Positions 54,036 through 64,000 of a stretch of 64,000 nucleotides of DNA are shown here, piece after piece. Position 1 is the first letter of the stretch, and every line of letters begins with the position of its first letter. The notes under the pieces are model-generated. The model was not told the origin of the DNA, ran no database searches, and saw only the letters and a program-made list of their open reading frames with translations. The position numbers and the translations under genes are program-made. Origin of the DNA: the human T2T-CHM13v2.0 reference genome, Homo sapiens; NCBI RefSeq assembly GCF_009914755.1, contig NC_060933.1, one strand, 5' to 3'.

Positions 54036-56934
54036 TTTTATAATGCTGCAGTATCTAGTGTGTTACCCATAAATACTGACTTCTATTGACTCTCTCAGAA
54101 GTTATTATTGAGCATTGTTGACAATGACTACAAATTCAAGTTTTATCCAGATAAAATAGTAAAATGTACGTGATAATTCATTTTCTGATAATGTTAAATC
54201 TACCATTTATAATTTTACGTAACATAAAAGAAAACGTTTTCAAATAATATATTCTCTTGAACTCTAGGTCTTGACCACTGCTTTCTTAGAAGATAACGTA
54301 TTTCAATGTTAACCATACCTCTGCTTCCCACACACAATCAACAATGGAAAGAACAGGCAAGAGATCCATGATCAGAGAAATAAGCAGTTTCATTCATACC
54401 AGGAAAGTCTGTTCTTTATCCAGCATGATTTAAGACTAACCTGGGAAAGGACAATGTCACTGCATCTATTGGATGAAAGAAAGAATGTCAACTGGACAGT
54501 CCTACTGCATTTGAGGAGAAAATCTTTAAAGTCCTTGGAAGACATAGGCTCTACCACTACACGGAGAATGTGGCACAGAGACTGCGTACATGGTGAGGTG
54601 GCCAGCTTGAGTGCCAGTAACAGAAGGTGCACAGGGTAAAGGATGCCTGTTGCCGGCACTGTTGCTCTTGGTCGCTGCATCCTGGAGGCTAAACCGAGGT
54701 TGAAATATGGATGAGTGGGAACTTACACATGAAGCCACACACATGGCTTTAGCCCAAGGTTTCACAGTGGATCACTAGCAATCCAGAGCCTAAACTCATC
54801 CTGCGTCTAGCATGAGTGAGAACCAGGATGGCAGTAAAATTCAGAAAGCCAAATCTCATTCAATTTGTCCAAAGAAATACCAAGCTGTCCACTGTGGGCA
54901 ATCAACTTCCCAGGCCTGAGCTCAAACACAGGACCCTTAGAAAACTACATATGTGTTGGTTCTGGAGCTCATTGGAGCATCTGTTCCACCTTGTCCATGT
55001 AGGTAGAGTTCAGAGAGAATTCAGAAGTAAATTAAAGAGTGGGGCCCACACGGCCCCTCACATTGGTTTGGGGAATCCTACTGGGCACAGCTTGTTCTGA
55101 GTAGTCCCAGGCAACTAAGGGCAACCAGAAACTTATCAAGAGAAGTGCTCATAAGTGCAGTTGCCCCTGAGCACTTGACTGGCTCTAAAGTTGATACTGC
55201 AGATAATAAAACAGTGCTAAATGATGTGACCAAAGTCCCGCAAAGGTCTCCAAAAGAATTAATTCTATATCTCAGGTCTTTTTCCATACAGTGCTCTGAC
55301 CCTGCTAATGCATATTCCACTGAATTCCAGAATGTGAAAGTAACCTAAAGTTTATTTGTCAATCCCCACAAAAATGCATTTGTATCTGTACCATCTCCAC
55401 TAAGCAGTCTTGTATCTCTATATATCTCTTCTCTCTGCATTTCTAGTAACGGGAATCTTACCATCTCCCAACACAGCACACTTGCTCTCCAAAGAGTGAG
55501 TCAGAAACGGGGCTGAAAGAAATCTGTGTTCCCATGACTCCCACTTTGCAACTGTATAGCATGAAGTTGAAATACTCTGCAATATGATGTTTTCTCAAAT
55601 ACTGAGAAAAGGAGGAAGTCTTCTTGTAGTCTCCTTTTTCCTAGGTTAAAGACACTGTTTTGTTAGTGAGATATGATATGCTTTTCAGCTCTCTCAACAT
55701 TCTGATTGTTCCACTTTGTAAGTACTCTGCTCTTCTAAAATATGAGCAGGCCTACTGCGTTAGATCTGAAGCTTTCATTTTCAGATGTATTTACCAATAT
55801 TTTATTATTATGAAGTTCTTATCATTTCATTAAATACCATATTTGACCAAAAATAAATCTTTAGAATTACCTAAGGTTTAATTTCGCCAATAGATGGTCA
55901 TTATTTTCTAGATGGCATATTAGTAATACAGAGCTGTTTGTTCCTGCCGAACTTTACAAAGCAACTAATAAAGAAACAAACAGATAACTTTGCTCCAGGT
56001 CCAGAAGTAATATATACTAAACATTATATAGAAATTACATAAGACAGCCAATGAACATAAAATTACATTGACAAAGGTAAAGAAAAAAATCAGGACACTT
56101 TATGTTCTGATTATATCATAAAAAGACTCTAAGAACCGGTACTCATATAAGCTAGTTATATAAACAGTATTTCAGGTTAAAAAAACCCTGAATTTTGTCA
56201 AACAGTGTCTGCAACAATTATAAAACAAGTACATATGGCTTCTCTTAAGTCATTTTCTTTCTAGCAGCTGCGAATGAAATCCTAAGAGAGTTCACTCCAG
56301 GCAAATATGCCTTAATACGGAAATCAGCCTCAATATAGCCCCATTTCTCTCTGAAGGTCATGGAAAAGTTTTTTTGCCAAGTTATAGGCTTCGTGTAGTT
56401 TAGTTCCTTTGTACTTTTTTTCAACCAATGAGTCCTTTGCATGGAAAGGGAAAAAGTGAAGAATAATCTCTGTTATGATCCTAAGACACTTTTGTTTATC
56501 AAAGAAAGCATAGATAACATGAAAAAAATAAATATTCTGTACCAAGTTCTTAAAACAAGTTGCAAAAATTCCCAGGTCATGTTGAGCTCTATCTACTGGA
56601 AGTATTGATAGGCCAAAATATTTTTGACCCACCCATTCGAGCCAATAAAAGAAAGAATGATTTTATTTGAAGAGGGTGGACTCATTAACTTGTCTAGTTT
56701 CTGTAACAGCACATGAATTGCAGAAAAAGAACTATGGCTATAGGCCCTTAAGTCAGACTGCCTGGGTTCTAATTCTCCTACACAATAGGTGTATAACTCT
56801 GAGCAAGTAACATGAAAATGTTAAGATCCATCTAATAATAGTAACTTATAATGTATTTTACAGTTCAGAAGATGCTTTCATATCTGTTATTTTATTTGTT
56901 CTCATGCTAATTGTCTTAGAATGACAGGGTAATT

Positions 56935-57235
56935 ATTCTTTCTTCAACATGTATTCATTGAGAATCTACTTTGTGTCTGGGTATAACGTACTAAATAAGA
57001 TAGACAAGGTCTGTGCTTTCATAGAGATGTCATTCTATAAAAAAATAACAGACAACATCCAGTAAACAGAGTGATATCTAAGACAATTTCAGATAATAAT
57101 TGTAAAGAAGCAAATAAAGTTGGGGATAATTCAGGTTTATTGAGGGTGACCAGTGAAGACCCCTTTGAAAAGGTCTTATTTAAGATGAGAATTTGAATGG
57201 AGAGAGGAAGTCAGTCAGAAGATCACAATGAGTAG
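56935..57235 (-). mobile_element. L2 3' fragment
   Basis: ttcttcaacatgtattcattgagaatctactttgtg...agacaaggtctgtgctttcatagag. Confidence 0.6.
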
Positions 57236-58191
57236 GAGGAAAGGAGGTTTTCCCAATAAAATGCTTTAAGGAATAAAGCATTAGGTAGGGTTCCCTAACA
57301 AATGAAAAAGTCAGCAGAAGGGGAATAAGGTCAAGGACGATGGAAAGATAAGGGTCAGTATCCCTCTGCAGCTGCAGAAAGCAGGATCATAATCAGTAAA
57401 AGACCTTTCCAAGGTCACACAAGAGCCAGGACTAATGTCTGGATATTCTCACTCCATATATATTGCTCTTTTCCTTTGCAAGATTTCTTGCTTGATAAAC
57501 CAGACTGCTAGACAGAACCCAACAAAGAACACTTGTTCACTTTGAACATCTTTGTAAAAAAAAATTCATATCTTCCTATAAATTAATAACCTTACTATCA
57601 CCATCAACTATTACTGAGCTTCTTAAATGTAGCAGGCACTCAGCTGGCTTTTAAAATCACTTTTTATCCAATAACACTGAGATGATAATTTAGTTCATTT
57701 TTTAACTGATGAAACTTCAAGTTAGAGCTATTTAGAAACTTACCTAAATAAAACATCTAATAACTGGTGAGCTTAATATAGGTATAAATTTTCTTATACC
57801 TATGTGATTCTTTTGGGCATTTTGATGTAAGTCACCATAAACATCTGTGAGGAGAGTATAAATTTATAGTCAGTCCATAAGACATCACCCAGACACCTTA
57901 AAAAACATCCTTCTTCAGTGTTGGGAGCTTGTAGTGGTAGATTTCTTAAGACTGTATTAAAGTTTATCTTAGAAATCTCAAAATATACACAGTATATATC
58001 AAAGCTATGATTAGCACAAAGGTTGCTAGGCAGTGATCTTACTACTAATAGGTCTATATTTATCTTATTTGACATTAAAAAATGGATAGGCAGTGACTTT
58101 ATTCTTTAAACTTGAACAAATATGTTAACAATGGTTCAGATTGCTAAGGCTGCCTGGATATGATTGTTGGAAGTGTGTGTATGTTGGATAG

Positions 58192-58871
58192 TGTTACAAG
58201 TAGTTAGGCATGAGCCGGGCAGAAGAGGGCTCTTCCCCCACCCAGTAGGAATGTCAGGTGATGGTTCAACAATTATTATACTGCCTCTCTAAAAATGAAA
58301 AATGATAATTCCGCAGCAGTAGCCAGGGCACCAGGGAGAGACAATCTCCTGATGATCCACAGCTATAACATTAAAGTGTTAATTGAATGCAGATGCCAGG
58401 GAGAAGAAACTACCTGGGCATATGAATTGAGAGACAAAATGGTGAAGTATGACCTCCTGGGGACACTCCACCAGAAAAGGGAAGAAAGCCTCAGATGGGC
58501 ATGCGGGCAACTGTCTCAACACACTGTGTGCTCAATTCCCAGGGGTAAGGAAGGCCCTGTGCATGCAGAAAGCCCACCCTAAGGGAAGAATCATGGGAAA
58601 GAGGTGAGCCCATAAAGTCCTCAGATCAATGTTAAATGATCTCTTTGATCTTCAGGTGCCCATTTGGGTCTATTCCAAGTGAATTTTCCTTTCTTTCCTG
58701 TTCTAAATTCTTTTTAAAAATAAACTTCCACCTCACCTCAGTCTCTTCTTCTGCTTTATGTCCCTCCATCAAATTCTTTCTTCTGAGGAGACAAGAACTG
58801 AATTTGCTGCAGACCTATACGAATACGCCACTGGGAACTCGGGATAACTCAGATGCCTGGCACTGGTAACA
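58192..58871 (+). mobile_element. ERV1 (MER4-group, LTR29/MER50-like) solo LTR
   Basis: TGTTAC...GTAACA inverted termini, 680 bp, AATAAA near 58720, 4-bp TSD ATAG at 58188-58191 and 58872-58875. Confidence 0.88.
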
Positions 58872-59054
58872 ATAGGATGAGGTGGGGGGACACAGTAGTG
58901 ATGAGGCTTTTTTGTGTTGCATAACTGAAATTAATTTGGAGAAAGCACTAACAAGGATTTTTTTTTACTGTCTTTGAAAATTAGATGTGAATGTATGAAG
59001 CAAACACAAGGACATTCAACTGCTTTCATATTTTGTAGCATAACCATTACAGTT

Positions 59055-59255
59055 ATAGACCCTAGAGTCAGCCTGAGTTCTAATTCAAGTTATTCTATTT
59101 AATAGTTGTGTAACTTTAGGCAAATTGCCAAAGTACCATGTGCCTTGATTCCCTCATCTTCAATTGAAAATAATAGTACCTAGTTTATTACGGAACTTAT
59201 AAAGATAAATAATACTATACACATAAAACATACCTAATGATGTCTGACACATAGC
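59055..59255 (+). mobile_element. MIR
   Basis: gttgtgtaactttaggcaaatt...gtgccttgattccctcatct..aaaataatagtaccta core. Confidence 0.7.
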
Positions 59256-60932
59256 CACAGATTGACTGTAAAATACTTGTAGCTGTTGTTATCATGATCA
59301 TCATTGTTGCAGTACTTTATGACTTTTATACAAGCAAAACTTTGTATTTTCCAGTAACCTTGAAGCTAGCTTAACAATTGCCTATCACTATAGTAAATGT
59401 TATGGGAAATGTGTCAACATGCAGATGAATTCAGTGCCATTTTGTTTCTTCCACCTAAACAGTATTTCTCTAGATCCCGTTTTTAATTTTCCTATGCAGC
59501 AGAGCAAATAGTAAGTAGTTCTGAAATTTAATTATCATCTATAATTTCTGAAGTTTTCCCATTTTTCCAAAGTGAAAAAAAGGAAGTCTATTTTTCTGGC
59601 CTCTGTAGAGATTAAAGCAGAGAGACATCAGGCATTTTTGTCTGTTTTCAGTTTAACAAAATTTTATTGTAAACTGTATGTGCGAGGCACTGTTTGGCTT
59701 TGCATCACAGAAATAAATGCTAGAGAGTCCCTAAGCTTTCAAAGCTTCACATTTTTCTTGTTGGTCTTATTTTTCTCTTCTCTTTTTGCCTATCTGCATT
59801 TTAACAAAAATGTAAAGCAACTCATAAGTCAGTCCTGTCATGAGGCAGTTCAACGGTCACCAGAATAGGAAAATAAAAAGGGCAAAATTGCTTAAAACTT
59901 GCCTTGACTAAGAGGCACAGTCTTGGTATAGTATAAGTTTCTCTTTGGAAATGTGTGGCAGCAATGGTATCCAAATATAATTTCTGGCCAATTTTATTAA
60001 AGACAAAGTATATGCCAAATGCTATTTTGACCCTCTCCATAACTTTCATTTCTCCCTGTAATTTAATAAGCTCTTCCCATTGTTCAAATGAGGACCTTGT
60101 AATCCAGAGATTACAGTGATTCACCTAAAGTCATTTGCGGCAGGGGCAGAGCCGGAGGCAGAGACCCTATCCTCTGATTCTAACATCCTTACATTTCCCG
60201 CAGTACTGTGCCTCCATTGTTAGGGGCTTACTCATGTCTTTCCTAGTGTTTTCTCTCTTGACGCAGCAGTTAATTCAGGGAGTTTCTGAAGATTGAGATT
60301 GCATTCATGAGATTTTAGATTATATAACACAACAAACTCCTCCAGGATAGTGAACATGTATTATTCTTGTTTATATTGCCACATCTGAGTTGCTATTTAG
60401 AGAAATTAACACAACACACCTCCTGAATGATTCAACTAGTGAACCAATACATACAAAAGGGAAGCTGAGATAAAGAACTTACTCCTGGATAGAAAAGAAC
60501 CTACCTACCGTTTTAAAAAAGGCATTTTAAAGTCGGTATTGGACATCTTTTAACACCTAAAAGCACGTGACCTCTTGTTCAATGTATTTGTGGAACTTTT
60601 ACAGGAATTGTACCGAAAGCTGTAGTAATACAGAGAATAACAAAGTAGAATTCTATAAGGCCCTCAAACACTTGTGATAACTTGAATTTGCTGCAAAACT
60701 TTCCCATGGCTGGTAAGTAGAATATGTAGCAGGCAGTGAAGCAGGAGAAGTCAGCACAACTCACAAGCACAGATGGAATCTCAATAGTATGAAATATCTT
60801 TTCCTTAAACCAAAAAGTAACAGATACTGATTTTGCCCAAGACAAACAAATGTGTCTAGAGATTCCATGGGAAAATACAATAATTGTCTTCATATGAAAA
60901 TTCACCTAATAATGAATGACAAGCCCATTTAA

Positions 60933-61250
<318 letters not shown>

Positions 61251-64000
61251 TAAAAAACAAACAAACAAAAAACTTCACCTGGTGTTTAGCTAGTCTTAAA
61301 ACACAGCTTGAAGAAAAATCAACAAAACTGGACCCTTGCAAAAGAGACAAACTCCTCTTCAGTGCTTATAGGCTGAACCTAGACAAATTCTGAGCTGTTT
61401 GGACCTGACAGGCAAGAAGCACTGGGAACTGACTGTTCTCCATGCTTTCCCCAGGATGGCAGAAAGCTTATAATGTGTAAAAGCAAGCCCTGATAAATAT
61501 AGCTCTCTGTGAGAACGCTGACAAATTCACTCCCTCATTTAATGAAAAGCTGCCAAGTGTGATGATATTTCTAGGAATGGTGCAAATGAGCCACTGTGAG
61601 AATGAAAAAAGAAAAGCCCAGGACAGACGCTTTTCTATTTAAAAACAGAAAGCAGCACATTTGTAAGAGCTATTGGACTGATGAGCTTCTTTCAGATATG
61701 TACCCTTGTTTTTAGCAAAGAACTGAAAGTATCATTTCAAGAACATCAATCAAATACAATGCTTAAAATTCAAGTGCTTAAGAAACATACAGATCTTCCT
61801 TTGCTAAAGTTGAAGAAGCACTATTCATCTTGAGCTATTATGCAGATCACATAGGTGTAACATGGCAACACTATTTTTCATTTAAACCTTGTAAACTTGG
61901 CCGAGGAAAAGGAAGCATGCTCATAATCACCGGGGGGAGACAAGCAAGGAATTTTAGAAGCACAATTTAATTCTTGTTACAAACAATCAACTGAAGTAGG
62001 AAAGTCTAGATTTAATAGCCCGTGTCATAAACAGACAGCATACCAGTGTTGTCTTTACTAAAATTCTGATTAAAATATCCAAAAAGATTTTTAGCACTCC
62101 AATCAACCATTTTGTGATATGGATCATTTAGCAGAGGTTATGTATCAGCTCAGTTCCCATTTAGGTCAATAGATTGCTTTTGTTCTGATAGATTCACGTG
62201 CAAGGCTCACCCTACAGGCTAGATGAGAAAGGGCAGCAGCTGTCTTCTGCTTGCTCAATCCTAGCTAAGGCAGATAACTACAGCCTGAAACTCTAGCTGT
62301 TTTGCAAGTAGATGTGGTTTGTAACAGGGTTAGTGGCCCAGAGAGGGCCCCACAAATTCTCCAGTGTTATTAGAAAACATTATTGTGAAATGATTCTGTA
62401 TGACTAATAAGAGTATTTCTATTTACCGAATGTTGAACTCTTTGAAATGAAAGCCTCCACGGAGCTTATCTAAAACCATTATGAGTTTCATAGAGTGATG
62501 TAAGAACTTTTGTTTTCCAGAAAATAAACACCATATGAACAAATACAGCAACAAATATCACAACTCTATCCTATATCAAACAAACATATCACATCAGTTC
62601 TCTAACTTACTGAAAACAAGAGACCTCACAGGAGCCTACATTCAGAAAGATTTTCTGTATAGTCTGACAAGAAGTGTTTCCCTAAACGTGATAATCAGGT
62701 TTAGGGAAAAGTGCTGCTGGATAGCTGAGCTCAAGATTAAATGGATCAGGATCAGACAAAAATTTCAAAATGATTTTTTTCTGTTCTATTTGATATTCTC
62801 TCTTAAAATATCAGACTTAAGAACAAATATATTACAAATGTACTATTTTTAAGGGACAGATAGACAAGTGATAATCACGGGTTATCTGTTTGCTTCCAAA
62901 CATACAGATACACAAAAACACACATAAAGTGAAATAAAGTTCTTACTCCATTTTTACTATTTTTTTCAACAAATATAAGATCAGAGTTACGACTTTTTTC
63001 TTCTTTATAAAATAAGACTCCTAGAAATGTTTTTTATATTTGTACCTTGCTCAAACACAAAATAAATTAGCATTGTGCCTACCTTTTGAAAAAAAATAAG
63101 CAAGAGTATAGACATAGAGTATACTTTAAAATCTTAATTATGCTGTCATCATTAAATAAAAATTATTACATAACACCTGAAAAGGCAGTGATAGTAGTTG
63201 AGCTTATATTTGGAAAATGAATCAAAAAACAAAAAAAAATTTCTGTGAGAAGAAACATGAGAAACTCAAACATTTATAAATATGTGCAGTTGAATGAGCT
63301 GTATGAACTGCTTTAAAGAAAACACTCCTTAACATTGGACAGAATATATTTTAAAAGTAATTTATTTCATGCATTTATTATTTATTTGCTGCACTTTAAA
63401 ACATACGTTTAAAATGAAAATTTGGCTATGAAGTTTTCTGTTTGTTTGGTTAACTTCTTTTTGGAAATGGGAATCCCCTGTAGAAGACAGAATTTATGTC
63501 ACATAAGTATTAGCAACCCATTATGTGTTGTAGTATCATGTAGTGCCTATGGTATAATCTGTCCTGAGGAAATCTGTTGGTCAAGATAGCTATGCATAGT
63601 TAGAGATGAGGGATCAAATTAGAAAATCAGAGTAGTGCTTCCTTTCTCTTCTTCCTTTTAGGCTGCTATAGCAATAATCAGTCCAGGGTGAGCTCCCACT
63701 TATGGAGAAGGCCAAGTCAGCCTTGTGCTCTTATCTGTAAGTTCATCTTGTCAACCACTAAATAGCACAAGAGTGATATGGTGTAGTTTCGAAGGTGGAA
63801 GAGAAACTGTATATGTCTATATAGCCCAGTTCAGGAGAAACCTCTGCTTTGGAATTTTATTTCAGGAGAAAATTAAATATATATAAAATCTGTTACTTGG
63901 CTTTCTATGACATCATGACGCTATCTGTTGTGCCTGTTTCTTAACAGAGACATCACAGGGACATTTCATGGGCTCAAACAAGAACACATTAAAGTAAAAT

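Overview
AT-rich primate (human-like) nuclear DNA. No intact protein-coding gene was recognised. The window is dominated by interspersed repeats: six Alus, a full-length decayed L1PA (32742-39491, minus, with an AluY in ORF2), several older L1 pieces, MaLR elements (THE1/MST/MLT1, including one complete LTR-internal-LTR copy), an ERV1 solo LTR, hAT MITEs, L2/MIR remnants and microsatellites. The main non-obvious feature is a very old, heavily decayed nuclear copy of mitochondrial DNA (NUMT, ~14960-21975, plus strand). It is colinear with 12S(3' part)-tRNA-Val-16S-tRNA-Leu(UUR)-ND1(5' part) and is cut into five pieces by four later transposon insertions. Other observations are a 40-bp templated insertion with a fold-back, two L1s whose 5'UTR is joined directly to the 3' end, and weak non-coding exon candidates in the repeat-poor right third. 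Repeat subfamily names and mtDNA comparisons come from recalled consensus sequences, not from computed alignments. I found no evidence for a new functional genetic system.
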